Source: Eledone cirrhosa
Lineage: Eukaryota
Direction of reading: 5' to 3'
Length of the DNA stretch: 64,000 bases
NCBI GenBank assembly: GCA_964016885.1
Contig: OZ024744.1
Span: 69,874,001-69,938,000 of the forward strand
Below are positions 14,191-28,074 of this stretch, one piece after another. Every line of letters starts with the position of its first letter. The first letter of the stretch is position 1. The position numbers and the translations under genes are program-made. The notes beneath the pieces were generated by a model. The model searched no databases and was not told where the DNA came from. It worked only from the letters and a program-made list of their open reading frames with translations.

Positions 14191-15410
14191 CTTCGTTAGA
14201 TACTAGAGTCTAGTAACTAGACTAAACGAAATAGACAGACATTTCATTTCATACATGAAATCTAACTTTTCACGATAAAACTAATATTGGTTCTATTAAA
14301 CAGAATATGTTTGTTTCACACATGTCGGATATTGTTTATCGTGATTTCGTGGGCCGATATTCCGAATCTCGATCATTCTACTATATTTAGCTCTAGACCT
14401 TAGCTATTGACCAGTTAATTTTATTGATGATTTTTTTGTTGATCTTATTGACTGATGAATAGCTCTTGTTTATTTAACACGTCTGTTGAGCACTCTGATT
14501 CGATATGTGATAATTTGTATTCTTACATAATTTACACATCACCGAATTCTTTCGCTAATATAGGGGTTCCCTCCCTTGCTGAATACCATGTGCGTTTTTG
14601 GCTATAGGTCCCCTCTGTATTATTGGACGAAAACTCGTTGAAGAAGCTTTTCCGCGTTGATCCCTTCTCTAGAAGTCTTATATATTTTTTATGTGGGCTG
14701 ATAGTGATTTGATTAAGGAATTGCAGAAACCCAAGAAGCTAGATTTAACATCCATCTAGCGGGTCCGGGTGAGTTTTTTACATTCATGTAATTTATTAAT
14801 TTATTGATATTTTATTTGAGTGACCCGAATCTTCCTGGTCGTTCTTTTTCGGCTGCACGGGTGATTTTAGGCATGATCTCTATGTGTTGGTATTTTAACG
14901 ATAGTTATAGCTCTGATTTATCCAAATTATTGAGCCCTCTGCCACACATGTCGGATATTGTTTATCGTGATTTCGTGGGCCGATATTCCGATTCTCGATC
15001 ATTCTACTATGTTTCTGGAGTATAACTAAATTTAGAGCCTACACCACGTCGGCTATTCTGCTATGCTTTATGTGTGAGTGCATGTGCGTGTGTGCGTGTG
15101 TGTGTCATTGTGAGAGTGTGCGTGCGTGTGTGTGTGTGAGTGAGTGTGTGAGTGTGTGTCATTGTGTGTCTGTGTGTGCGTGTGTGTGTGTGTGTGTCGG
15201 AGTTTAGTGTAGTGTGTTCGTATACTTGTTGTGTCTGTGTCTGTACTGCGTTCGTATACTTGTGCGAGTGTGCGAGTGTGTGGGGGGGTCTGTGTGTGTG
15301 TGTGTGTGTGTGTGTGAGTATGTGTGTGAGAGTGTGTGAGTGTGTGCACAGTCGTTACAGTATATGGAAGGAATATATTAGTTCAACGCTTGAAATAGCA
15401 GGAAAACGGT

Positions 15411-15444
15411 TTTAACGTTTCGGACGCTAGTCCTTCATCAGAAG
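15411..15444 (-). ncRNA. minimal hammerhead in a PLE pLTR fragment
   Basis: CUGAUGA a GGAC-uagc-GUCC GAA ACGU U; weak stem I; same family as 54838-54873 and 55425-55452. Confidence 0.6.
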
Positions 15445-15622
15445 AAAGAATGAGAAATTAGAACGATTGAAGGGACGGACGGGGCAGAATCGGAATGCAT
15501 GTATTTATGTGTGTGTGTGTGTGTGTGTGTGTGTCTTTGAGTGTGAATATGTGTGTGTCTGGGAGTGTGTGAATGTGTGTGCGCGTGTGAATGTGTCTGT
15601 TTGTGTGTGTGTGTGAGTGTTA

Positions 15623-15665
<43 letters not shown>

Positions 15666-16009
15666 TAGTTTGTATTTGATTCTACTATATATTCTGTTAA
15701 AGGTGAGAGAGAGACTGGTAGAAATATAAAAAGGAAAGATAGAAAGACAGAAAGATAGAAAGACAGAAAGATAAAAAGAGAGTGGGGAAAGAAAAGGGGG
15801 TAAGAAAGAGAGACCTGGAAAAGAAAAAAAGGGGATAAAGATGAAGAGAAAGAGAGAGAAAAGTGTTTAGTGTATGTGTGTAGATGGGGAGTTATTAAAT
15901 TTAGAAGGGTTCTGGCAGGTTCAAGTTGATACAGAAAAGCGAGAGTGAGAAGTGAAGGATGGGGTGAGCGTTAGAGAATAGATGGCAGAGTGGTGGTTGT
16001 GTGCATAGT

Positions 16010-16147
<138 letters not shown>

Positions 16148-16289
16148 CCTAGTGTAGCGCGCTAAGAAGAAAATGTGTTACATTATAGTAGCTTCGTAGT
16201 TTGGATGTTAAAAGGTTTAGAAAAGTCAAAGATCGCATCTTATATCTCTCTCTCCTTTATTTATCGTACTTATGTTGGAGTCATTATTG

Positions 16290-17230
16290 TGTGTGGTGTG
16301 GATGGTATGGTATTGTGTGGCGTGGATGGTATGGTATTGTGTGGCGTGGATGGTATGGTATTGTGTGGCGTGGATGGTATGGTATTGTGTGGCGTGGATG
16401 GTATGGTATTGTGTGGATGGTATGGTATTGTGTGGCGTGGATGGTATGGTATTGTGTGGCGTGGATGGTATGGTATTGTGTGGCGTGGATGGTATGGTAT
16501 TGTGTGGCGAGGATGGTATGGTATGGTGTGGATGGTATGGTGTGGTAGGGTACGGTATGGTGTGGTAGGGTATGGTATGGTGTGGCGTGGATGGTATGGT
16601 ATTGTGTGGCGTGGACGGTATGGTGTGGATGGTATGGTATGGTGTGGTAGGGTATGGTATGGTGTGGTATGGTGTGGCGTGGATGGTATGGTATTGTGTG
16701 GCGTGGATGGTATGGTATTGTGTGGCGTGGATGGTATGGTAAGGTGTGGTATGGTGTGGTATGGTGTGGCGAGGATGGTATGGTGTGGATGGTATGGTGT
16801 GGATGGTAAGGTCTGGTATAGTGTTGTGGGGTATGGTATGGTGTGGCGTGGATGGTATGGTGTGGCGTGGATAGTATGGTAAGGTCTGGTATGGTGTTGT
16901 ATGGTATGGTGTGGATGGTATGGTATGGCTTGATATGGTATGGTCTGGTATGGTATTGTGTGGTATGGTATGTATGGTATGGTCTGGTATGGTATTGTGT
17001 GGTACGGTATAGTATGGTTTGGTATGGCATGGTATTGTGTGAAGTGATGGTATGGTGTGGCGTAGATGGTATGGTATTGTATGGTATGATATGGTATAAT
17101 ATGGTATGATATGGTCTGGTGTGGCGTGGATGGTGTGGTATGGTATGGTGTGGTATGGTGTGATATGGTATGGTCTGGTATGGTGTGGTAGGGTATGGTA
17201 TGGTCTGGTGTGGTATGGTATGGTGTGGTA
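16290..17230. repeat. (GGTAT/GGTGT)n pentamer satellite with a 24-bp higher-order unit
   Basis: gtgtggcgtggatggtatggtatt repeated. Confidence 0.9.
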
Positions 17231-17665
17231 TGGTGGTGGTGGTGGTGATGGTGGTGGTATTTGTGGTGGTGGTGGTGGTGATCGTGGTGTTGATGGTGGT
17301 ATTTGTGGTGGTGGTGGTGGTGATCGTGGTGTTGATGGTGGTATTTGTGGTGGTGATGGTGGTGGTGGTGGTGGTGGTGATGGTGGTATTTGTAGTGGTG
17401 GTGGTGATGGTGGTGGTGGTGGTGGTAGTGCTGGTGGTGGTATTTGTGGTGGTGGGGGTGGTATTTGTGGTGGTGGTGGTGACTGTGGTGGTGGTGGTGG
17501 TGGTGGTGGTGTTATTTGTGGTGGTGGTGGTGGTGATCGTGGTGTTGATGGTGGTATTTGTGGTGGTGGTGGTGGTATTTGTGGTGGTGATGGTGGTGGT
17601 GGTGGTGGTGATTCTGGGATTTGTGGTGGTAGTCGTGGCGGCGGCGGCGGCGGCAGCGGCAGTGG
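17231..17665. repeat. (GGT)n/(GGC)n array
   Basis: direct reading. Confidence 0.9.
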
Positions 17666-17789
17666 TAGAGGGGGGGCAGATGTTGTAGTGGTTTGGATGT
17701 TGTTGGTATCAGTGGTGGCAGTAGCGATAACCTGAGTCGAAACTTATCTATGAAATCTAAGAACCATGTTTATATGCACACACTCACAC

Positions 17790-17868
<79 letters not shown>

Positions 17869-18235
17869 CACTCACACACATACACACACGCACACACATA
17901 CACACCAGCAGACACACACACACACCAGCACACATACACACACACCAGCACACACACACCCACACCCACACACACACGCACCAGCACACACCAGCACACA
18001 CACACACATACATACACCCATATACATACACAAACATACATACGCATATACATGCACATATACACAACACATACATACATAGGCACACAACTACACACAA
18101 ATACACACACATATACACATATGCATACACAAACATACATAAACACACACACAGACATATACACACATACATATACACACACATAAATATACACACATCT
18201 GCACACATCTATACACAAAAATACATACATATATA

Positions 18236-18286
<51 letters not shown>

Positions 18287-18491
18287 GTGTATATGTCTGT
18301 ATGTGTTTATGTATGTTTGTGTATGCATATGTGTATTTGTGTGTGTATTTGTGTGCCTATGTATGTATGTGTATGTAGTGTGTATGTATGTTTGTGTATG
18401 TATATGTGTGTATATATGCATGTATTTGAGCGTGTGTGTGTATGTATGTGTTGTGTATATGTGTATGTATATGCGTATGTTTGTTTGTGTG

Positions 18492-18564
<73 letters not shown>

Positions 18565-18639
18565 AAAATAGGTGGCACATGGGTCAAAGACAACGGAAAA
18601 AGCAACGGGAAAGCGGACTCCCGTCTTTCCTCCGTCAAC

Positions 18640-18692
18640 CTCTGGAAATTACTATAGTTTCAGTACGTCGTGGTTGTTACTCTTCATCCCAG
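18640..18692 (-). ncRNA. degenerate hammerhead (GAA ACUAUAGU A), core eroded
   Basis: palindromic stem III, UGAAGA upstream, cuggga/uuccag stem I remnant. Confidence 0.3.
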
Positions 18693-18924
18693 TACACATT
18701 AGGACACAATAAAGCTCGTTAAGTCATAAAGATGGAAAATAATCACAATAGTAAATAATTATATAATAGTTACAAACAGTGAATAAATATAATTATAAAA
18801 TGTAATTTATTAATTAAAATTCTTTTTAAAATTAAAAATAATTAAAAAGTATCAGTAATCAATTAAACGAACTAATTACAAAAATAAGTAATTTATTAAA
18901 ACGTTATTCGTATATACACATGTA

Positions 18925-19050
18925 TGGGTCTAGAGAGGGGAGACCGAGGTTGACATATATTGATGCCCTAAGGACAGACACTGTTCTCTGGGAGACGCAG
19001 GACATGGCGGCGATGATGAAGGACAGAGACCGCTGGACTCGTCCAAGGAT
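18925..19050 (+). pseudogene. RTE LINE C-terminal fragment
   Basis: GRPRLTYIDALRTDT...MMKDRDRW. Confidence 0.7.
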
Positions 19051-19389
19051 CTCTGGAATTTTACCCACCCTCGATAGATAGATGGATAGACAGATAAATA
19101 GATAGATAGATGGATCTATACTAAGTTGATGAGAATCTCTATGTCGGAGCCGAATGAAAAGCTCGACCGACTCTGGATTTTCAAGCCACCAGGATCCGGG
19201 AAAGGACTCCATACATCTAAGTAGATTCAATATAATATGAAAATAGTGGAAAAAATATGGAGTACACTTTAGGTCAGTGTACTCCAAGCACTCCAAGACG
19301 GTGGGAATAATTTCTCAGCGTTCCTGGCGTGGAGAAAATAAAAAGCTAATCTTATAGTGACTCACTGGCAAAAGTCTTCTAAGACTGAA

Positions 19390-19895
19390 ATGTTGAATAA
19401 GATACATTTCAACTCTCTATACACATTGTTTGGACTTCTAATCATTTAAGATTTATAAATTTGTTATAAAAGAAAAATTTATAGGTTTCAAACCGGATTC
19501 ACTTACTGATAAATTCATTACCAGACCTGCGTGTGCAAGATCAAAGAGAAGAGGAGAAGTAAGTGCAAACATCATCTGAAAACAAACTCTGGAGCACAAA
19601 TAGCTCTTGTTTTCAGTACATCGTGTTGCTCCAGAGATCGTACAGTGATATAGTTGTTGCCGGCGTTTGGAGTGTGGATGCTGCCAAAAGACATTGCATT
19701 TATTTTGGAATGTTTTAGTGCGAAATAGGTTGTTTGTTATATTTGACATTTGACATATTGAGGAGGTGTGTTCTGTTGGCGTTTGGCATTGCCAATTGCT
19801 TATTATTTTTTTTATTTCTCTAGTCCAAAGAGTATTTTATGTTCCAGCAAAAGTATTAGATTTTCCTAAGAGAATGATTTTGTTGAGAACGACAT
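19390..19895 (-). pseudogene. decayed PLE thumb/GIY-YIG region
   Basis: HSLRKI...KKIISN, then C-x-LYHCTI...SY resembling Naiad-type endonuclease. Confidence 0.45.
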
Positions 19896-19904
19896 CAAGT
19901 CATG

Positions 19905-20500
19905 CTTAGAAGTTATTCGTAACTTCGTACCTGGCCTCAAGATTTAGAGAACAGGTGCTGATAATAGTAATGTACTGGCTTTTGACGAGGTGGATATACC
20001 GAACCATGACTTTCGTTGATCCGCAGTGGGTGTTCTGTCCGCTTATGAAGTAAGCTCTTACTGATAGCAAAATCCACTCCATTGTTCCTTGGCTGATTGT
20101 TCGGGATAATATCCTGTAAAAAAAGGGGGTGGGGCATAGCAACCGCGCTTTTCCATTAGTTGTCCTTCACTGACTCTAGAGGTCCACTGAAATGCCTTAG
20201 TTACAATTCTTAAAGATTTTCGACAGCTTTAAGTGTGATGCCTCAGGATGTGAATCTTTATGAGATAAAGCAGGCCACGTTTAGGACACCATTTATATCC
20301 TCTCTCGGATTCAGGGTGAGCAGAGTGTATCCTATATTAGACTGATCAACGTTGAATACTGCAGTCGAACAACTTACCTGCTTTCCTCCAGAAGTTGAGT
20401 GACTGAATCAAATGTTCACCCCCTTCGTTCAGCTGTTATCACTTGGCTACTTTCGGTACCTTTGTAGAGTTTCTGCTGGTCCACAGAATTAGCACACTTG
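19905..20500 (-). pseudogene. decayed LINE AP-endonuclease region (RTE-like)
   Basis: NGVDFAISKSLL...PLRINE...YITIIS. Confidence 0.55.
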
Positions 20501-20710
20501 CGCATGCGTTTGTTTTAACGTGTACTTGATGGTGGACAGCACAACGCACGTTCATAATTCATAAATCAATCAACAAAATCCAATATCAAACACACAAACT
20601 GAGTTTGTAGTTCAGTTGCGGTCTTCATTCTCCTTCAAATTCATGAATTTCCAAGTTAACTACGTTCATCTGAACCGATGTTGAGGTCTTCTTCTTTAGA
20701 TCATTATTCT

Positions 20711-20895
20711 TGATTGGCAGTATCGATAGAGGGTCGGACATCATCCTTTGACGCATAGAGTTACGGCCCATGCCATTCTAAGTTCAAATCCCGCCGAGTT
20801 TAACTTTGCCTTTCATCCTTACGGGGTCGATAAAATAAAGTACCAGTAATGTACTGGGTAATTGCTGGCCTTGTGCCAAAAGTAGTAACAATTAT
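20711..20895 (+). mobile_element. SINE family A
   Basis: consensus match. Confidence 0.85.
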
Positions 20896-21083
20896 TCTTA
20901 TTCTGGACGCTCATCCTCTACCTTACCACCAGAATTCAATGCTTCCCTGGTCTTGTTCGGTGATCCTGTGAGTACACAGGTGAAACTCCAGAATAACAAG
21001 ACTCATCACATAGCCATAATAAAGAATATTTAAGCTCTACTTTGGTATAGAGATCTCAATCTCTCCTTCATCAATATCTTATG

Positions 21084-21269
21084 CGAGGGTTGGCTAGAAA
21101 GTTCATAGGCTGACTCTAAAGGAATGATGCTAGGACTGTTAAATCTTGCATGCATTAACTTCAACACTTCTTGTTAATGCTTGCATTGTTTCTTTCCAGA
21201 AAATAAACCTCATTTTGTTATTCCATGAGAGTATCTTGGTCAGCCTATGAACTTTTCAGCTGACCCTCG
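21084..21269. mobile_element. mariner-derived MITE
   Basis: ~30-bp TIRs cgagggttggctagaaagttcataggctgac / gtcagcctatgaacttttcagctgaccctcg. Confidence 0.8.
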
Positions 21270-21831
21270 TGTGTGCGTGTGTGTGTGTGCGTGCGAGTGA
21301 GTGCGTGTGTGTGCAATTTTATTATCCAAGTTAATGTTATACGTCTGGGTGTGTATTTCTGTGTATGTGTGCGCGCGCATGTAAATGCACATGGGTGGGT
21401 GTGCATGTATGTGTCGCTGTCTCTCTTCCTGTCTGTTATATATAGTGCGTGTATATAGGTATATATACACACACAAATGCATATATATGCATATATATAT
21501 ATATACATGCATACATGAATATATGCATATATATATATACATGAGTTGTAATAAAATAAAAACGAAATTTCATTTCTCACTCTTAGTACGGCACTTACTT
21601 AAATGTAAGTATGTATACGTACATACATATATGTATACAGACGTACAGTAGCATGCATATATATATATATATATACATACAGGTACACATACATATATGT
21701 ACGTATCAGTTTAGCGGACGCTTATTATAACGCCCGCTTTGTTCGTTTGTAAACAAACTGAACAGCCTGAATTTATGCCGTACGGTGTTAAGGCAACCAC
21801 GTCACCTTTTTGTTCAACACTGACACAGGAA

Positions 21832-21872
21832 CGATGTACTAGTTTCAAGCTTGTTAGCTATCATCAGCACCG
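21832..21872 (-). ncRNA. minimal type I hammerhead ribozyme
   Basis: reverse complement of 22166-22206. Confidence 0.8.
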
Positions 21873-22165
21873 TATACCCTTCTGCCAGATGGTTGAACGT
21901 TCGAAAGTATATACTTTCCTTATGAAAATTAACGGCTGAGCAGCCTAATTTGCATATCGAGTGAGTTCGGCCAGGCGTACCGAAAACGATAAGTTGTAAT
22001 AAAATGAAAACTAGTACATCGTTCCTGTTTTCATTTTATTACAACTTATCGTTTTCAGTACGCCTGGCCGAACTCACTCGATATGCAAATTAGGCTGCTC
22101 AGCCGTTAATTTTCATAAGGAAAGTATATACTTTCGAACGTTCAACCATCTGGCAGAAGGGTATA

Positions 22166-22206
22166 CGGTGCTGATGATAGCTAACAAGCTTGAAACTAGT
22201 ACATCG
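22166..22206 (+). ncRNA. minimal type I hammerhead ribozyme
   Basis: CGGUG CUGAUGA uAGCU-aaca-AGCUu GAA ACUAGU A CAUCG; canonical core, GUA site. Confidence 0.82.
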
Positions 22207-22659
22207 ATCCTGTGTCAGTGTTGAACAAAAAGGTGACGTGGTTGCCTTAACACCGTACGGCATAAATTCAGGCTGTTCAGTTTGTTTACAAACGGACAAA
22301 GCGGGCGTTATAATAAGCGCCGCTAAACTGATACGTACATATATGTATGTGTACCTGTATGTATATATATATATATATATATATGCATGCTACTGTACGT
22401 CTGTATACATATATGTATGTACGTATACATACATACTTACATTTATATATACATGGATGCGTGAATATATGCATACATACATACACACATACATATATAT
22501 ATACATACATGCATACACACATGCATACATACGCGCATATATACGCGCATACTTACGCACATACATATATACATACACACACATTCATGCATCCATCCAT
22601 ACATACATGCACATACTAACATATGCACATACATACACACACATACATATATACATACA

Positions 22660-22882
22660 CACACACATGTACAGATACAAAGCGTATAACACATGCACAC
22701 ATATAACTCAAAACATCCACATCCACACATACAATAACATCCATATCTACACATGCATGCATGCATACATAATCTCCCTAGGTGATGTGTGTAAATTCCA
22801 ATGAGAGAGTCGTGTGTCTATGTTAGAAACCGACTCTCTCTCTATTGGTAAAATTTTGTGAAATTATAAAACCAGAAGAACA
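22660..22882 (+). mobile_element. 3' UTR of the R4/Dong-like element
   Basis: matches 44165-44270 and 43335-43425. Confidence 0.7.
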
Positions 22883-23402
22883 TACACAAACACACACTCA
22901 CACACACACACATACACACACACACAAATATACACATATACATACATATATGTACATGTGATCATTGTGTATATAATACATCTTTAAATAAGCCCCTTTT
23001 TAAGACAAGATTTCAATTTCCATCTACAATAATTTATGTTCCTGTTGAACATAAGACATTAATATCTACTAGCAGAAAAACCACCCTTCAAATAAAATCG
23101 TAATTGACAATATACACAGAAATTGAAGAGAGACTGTGTTACACTCTCTTCTGTAATCAGTAAAGTAATCCATGATACATTTTTAAAAAGACGATATTAT
23201 ATATAAACTGCATTAGGAAAAAATTAGTGACGGATATATATGAATGCTTATATAAGCGATCGCTAACCGGAAGTATTGATATTTGAAAATTTTAAAGAAG
23301 TGAATCTTAAAATAAGTAACAACATTATTTATATTTAATCAAGAATTACGAAATTTAGTAGATAAATTATGTAATATTCTTTCATTATTTATTCAAAGTA
23401 AA

Positions 23403-23592
23403 AGGGCGGTGGATTGGCAGTATTGGTAGAGGGTCGGACGCCATGCTTTCCAGCATAGTTATGTCCCTTTACGATCTGAGTTCAAATCCCGCCGAGGTTG
23501 ACTTTGCCTTTCATCCTTACGGGGTCGATAAAATAAAGTACCAGTAATGCACTGGTTTATTGCTGGCCTTGTGCCTAAAGTAGAAACAATTA
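23403..23592 (+). mobile_element. SINE family A, full length with 18-bp TSD
   Basis: attatttattcaaagtaa at 23384-23401 and 23589-23606. Confidence 0.92.
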
Positions 23593-23969
23593 TTTATTCA
23601 AAGTAATCCAACTTATTTTGCAAATGGGATTAAAAAATATATATTCTGGACGCAGTCCCGCACTCCTTTCTTAATTATAGTTAAGATGTCACTTCTGTTA
23701 CCAATTCCAGTTCTATAATGTATGAACTATATACTATTAACCTCCATCATAAAAGAAACTACTGCAATTTCTCTTTTGTAAACAAAATACTTCCTGACAT
23801 ACAATTTTTGCCATTTACTGCAAATTAGCAAAATCGTTATAGTGTCAGACGAGATGGCTTTGCAGGATTTAGTAGTTACGGCTCTTTATATTATCAGTTC
23901 AAATCTCACCAATGTCTTCCTCTTCTTGCATTCTTCGCTCTTATTTTTATTCTTTCATTTCTTATTCTT

Positions 23970-24192
23970 ATTCTTCTTCTTTGTCTTCTTCTTCTTCTTC
24001 TTCTTCTTCTTCTTCTTCTTCTTCTTCTTCTTCTTCTTCTTCTTCTTCTTCTTCTTCTTCTTCTTCTTCTTCTTCTTCTTCTTCTTCTTCATCTTCGTCT
24101 TCGTCTTCTTCTTCTTCTTCTTTTTCTTCTTTGTCTTCTTCTTCGTCTTCGTCTTCTTCTCCTTCTCCTTCTCCTTCTCCTTCTTCTTCTTC
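23970..24192. repeat. (TTC)n array
   Basis: direct reading. Confidence 0.95.
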
Positions 24193-24381
24193 GCCCACTT
24201 ATTCCTGAGAGGAATATATATATATATGCATACATAAACATATATGTATGTGTTGTATGTACGTAAGAATTATGTATCTATGTATGTATGTAAGAATGTA
24301 TGTATGTGGATATATATGTATGTATATGTATGTGTGTCGGTCTGTCTGTATGTGTGTATGTACGTATGTACGTATGTATAC

Positions 24382-24540
24382 GTCGCTCAGACAGTGGGTT
24401 TGGCTCAGTGCAAAGTCTTTCCTCACTATTAAAAAAAAATCTTCACACACAGGCATTGCACGATAGCTAAATTGATAATTATTAATAATGTTATATCGTG
24501 CAATGGCCATACTCGATAACGAGGTGGCAGCCATCATGTA
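24382..24540 (+). mobile_element. family D 3' fragment
   Basis: matches 41685-41840. Confidence 0.7.
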
Positions 24541-25589
24541 TGAATGAGTGAACAGTTATACAAAGAAAAGAGTATACAGTGTCATATAGACTTTATATAT
24601 AGTTGTAGGTAACCAATGAATGACACATAGGAGTTTCATAGACACACAGACATGAGCTTAATACTTCACATGTCTACGAAGTGTGAAGCGTTGGCTGCTT
24701 TAGGTTTTAAAGACAATACGCTGTTGGTCGCTGATAACCTGAGCTCCTGTTAGATAAGGCAGATCATTTGTTTGGATTCAAAGACTGATACGTAGATCAC
24801 TATGAAGTGTTGATAGATTCGGAAGAGGTGATTTTACCGAGATTAATTTTCGTTAAGAGAACAACACCTTGATTTTCTCTAAAAATATTTTCTGATTTGT
24901 TTGATAGGAACTGAGCCAAAAAAAAAAGCTTTTCTGCGAGAGCAGAAGGAAATCATTCCGAATGTCTCGTTGATAGATATCGGAGGCTTCTTTAGAATAT
25001 GTGTAGCTTTCAGGCAGACAGAGGTGGCAGCTCCGCGATCTACTAGAATATGGGGTGGGATGTCAACAATACTTTAGGTGATTGTAGGACAGTCATGTTT
25101 TTTATCTCTAAACTCCCAAAGAAAAGTAGAGTTAGGGAAATGAAGGTCCCTCTGTCTCTAGAGCCAAAGAAGTATAGATGTTGACTGTTGTGTCATTTGA
25201 TGTTGTTTGTGATGAGCCCCGTATAGTTCATCTGGATGCTATATGCTGGAATGAACATTTATACCAAATCCTTGGAAAGATAGCATTATACCAGAGGACA
25301 GATGAATCAGTCACGTCAATTGTAGATGGGTTGAAGAGGTATAAGGAGTGCAAATGTGCATTTTCGGTTGGGGTGTGCAATGGTAGAACCGATATTGTTA
25401 AATCAGGGATAGCTTGGCTTAACATTATGTACATTGAAAAGTTTGTGAAATGTCATCATCATCATCATTCTTCGACTACTGTCGAGATGATGGATCTCAC
25501 TCTCATGCCCCAGAACTCCCTGTCCCCCATATAGTGCGGTTCCCTGAGGAACAGGAACCCTGGTGCAGTCAGTTGCGAAATCCATCATC

Positions 25590-26440
25590 TTTTCAAATAG
25601 CTAATAATGTGTGTGGGCGCCACTACTACACACATGTGAAAGAATTTGACAGCCAAGTCTTGAAGAAGGTGCTTTCTTCTCCGTGTGGTGGGTTACCCGG
25701 CGCCAGATACCAACCTGGCATTTATACCCTCGCCCTAATTGTTCGTGTTGCAAGCACTAGAGTAGTCGCTAACCAAAGCTACGGACCCACTCTATCCGTC
25801 TGGAGATACGTTGTGAAATGTATGTGTAGTCGAGAAGTTCCTAACAATATTACTAGTGATATATATATAAATGTGATTACACCAGATAACATTTTGCGTT
25901 CTGGAGTCGATGGGGATTTCTACGTGTAGACTTAACTTCTCGCTGAAGTCACTGCTAACTAGAGCTTTATTAGAATTGGGTGCTGCCTTGTCGAATATTT
26001 TCTTATTGAAGGATAGGTAGGAGACACTCCTGCTTATGCCTACTACTAGGTTGCTAATTATACAGTACCTCCAAATTTAGTTTCCAATAAGAAACGTGTT
26101 TACTTGTCATAATGTCTAGTATGATGTCAAGGGGAAAATGCCATCGCTAGTGTGATGAGGGGGTGGGGAGTAATATGTCCGGAAAACCTATATATGCTCA
26201 TCAGGGCTACGATATCTTAGACTTAGAAATAGGCTCTTCTGAGCTGAGTAGCACATCGAGAGACAAGCTTCTTTCAATACACATGATACGCTACTGTTTT
26301 TTTTTCATATTCATTCCAGGTGATGCTAACGGTCTTCAGATCATCTTGAAATGTCGACGGCCAGATGGTGTTCGGTCTGCCCTCTTACCGGTTTATCACC
26401 GTTTCCATATGGCATATTACCCTCCCATCATCTCTGTATA
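25590..26440 (-). pseudogene. highly decayed RTE-like LINE 3' fragments
   Basis: GKRADRTPSGR-like and PGNPPH-like C-terminal remnants. Confidence 0.35.
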
Positions 26441-26739
26441 AACTAGAGAAGTGTGGCGAACAAACTAGAGAAGATGGGAACTAAATTTTGTTTATTGGGG
26501 GAGTCAAGTATAAGCAATCCCATAAATCAGGTATGTGTCAACTTGCAGTTGAAAAACTAAGTAATGGCAGTGGAAGTCATTAACTACTAAAATACAAAGA
26601 TTTATGTATATTCATATATGCATATATATACATATATATATATATAAAATCTGGCAGAGTTAATTATTACTGTTGTGTGCAGCCATACAATTAGCAGACG
26701 CTAATATAGTACTTATGTAGATAAACTTAATATCGAAAT

Positions 26740-27788
26740 ACTAAGCAAACATCAAGTTCTAGAAAATCAAACTTTCCTGTTGTTGTCTTCCTGTTTCTTC
26801 TACAACTACAACGGTACGCGATGGGGCCCACCCACAGCCCCGGCGGACAGATGGAGAAGGCGTTTCCCGGAGGACGGCGAGGGAGACGCGCTGGAAAAGC
26901 CACTCCAACTCGCGGCGCTCACACCTGCGGCTGGCTAGCTCAGCGCCTATGGTGGTGAGTAAGGTGTTAGCCCTGGGGCCGAGGACATCAGAAGTCTCCA
27001 CTGCCAGGGGTACGACCGCAAACCTGTCGGAGAGCGACCGGTATTGGAGGAGTTGGCCCCCTCAGCCCGACGTGCAGCAGAAACTGGGTCAGTCGCAGAC
27101 TGCACCAGGTTGCGGCTGCAGAAAGTGTCGGTGCAAGTGGCATCCCAGACGAGGGGTTTTCCACTGCGGAAGGGGAAGATGGTCATGCCATCTGGCCTTT
27201 TGCCGTCCCCTCGATCCAGCCCCACCGGCTCGAGCTGGGAAGGGAAGCCTGCAGCGTGCAAGCCATGCTTAATGACCTCGTTGAGGGAAGCATGGCGTGG
27301 AATGCAGCCGGCACTGTGGCGACAGGAAAGCGGGTGGAACCGCAGCGACATTGGTGTGGCTGGCAGATCCGGAGGCCGAGCCTCAGAGAAACGCCGATGC
27401 GAAGGCTATGGTTGTCTAGTTGCGTGCCAGTGGAGAAGGGGGGCAGGGCATGGAGCCAGGCACCACTGTGGGGTTTGGAGGCCGCACGAATATAAGCAAG
27501 ACAGTGCTGGTCGAGCTGGCGCGTGAGCCTGTCTGAGACAAGGCTGCACTGGATGGCATCCCAAGTGCTTTGGGGGGACTTGACGTCAACAGGGGGAGAA
27601 GGAGGAGGGACGTCTACTGGGCTAAGTCCCAGTCGGTCCCAAGTCTCACAGTGGCCTCACATTCTCTGAACACAGAGGGTTCTGTTGTGTTTTGAAGAAT
27701 CCTGCTGACGAGGACGCGGCACGAGGTTACCGACGAAAGATACGCCGGCAAAGCTAGTGACATCGGGGACCGGAGGCCAAGGCCGCCA
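26740..27788 (-). mobile_element. CRE-clade non-LTR retrotransposon 3' fragment (restriction-like endonuclease), frameshifted
   Basis: GGLGLRS...LPAYLSS; H.LSC...RHASLN...LEPVGL...KRPDG...LVWDAT; VETS.VLGP...QRVSLAVLR. Confidence 0.85.
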
Positions 27789-27796
27789 TATACATA

Positions 27797-27850
<54 letters not shown>

Positions 27851-27883
27851 TGTGTATGTGTATGTGTGTACATATGTATGTAT

Positions 27884-27922
<39 letters not shown>

Positions 27923-28074
27923 TCATACATATTTACGTTTAGTGGAGGTGAAGAGTTTATAGGCATTTGTGTGCATACATATATATAGAGAGGGGGGGAG
28001 AAATAGAGAGATAGATAGATACACAGACAGACAGACAGACAGTCAGACAGACAGATAGATAGATAGATAGATAT

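Larger units (their letters stand above)
21600..22445. mobile_element. PLE-type fold-back element, ~410-bp arms with ~20-bp spacer
   Basis: inverted arms each containing a hammerhead. Confidence 0.85.

Noticed and set aside
16290-16520. Regular 24-bp repeats as a CRISPR array
   Set aside because: No unique spacers, no cas genes, eukaryotic context
16175-17735. Gly/Tyr/Trp-rich ORFs resembling structural proteins
   Set aside because: Products of pentamer and (GGT)n satellites open in several frames; no signal peptide or splice support
23842-24237. poly-F/S/E ORFs
   Set aside because: (TTC)n microsatellite
24560-25450. ORFs 25178-25534 and 25228-25434
   Set aside because: No convincing motif; likely old LINE debris too eroded to classify
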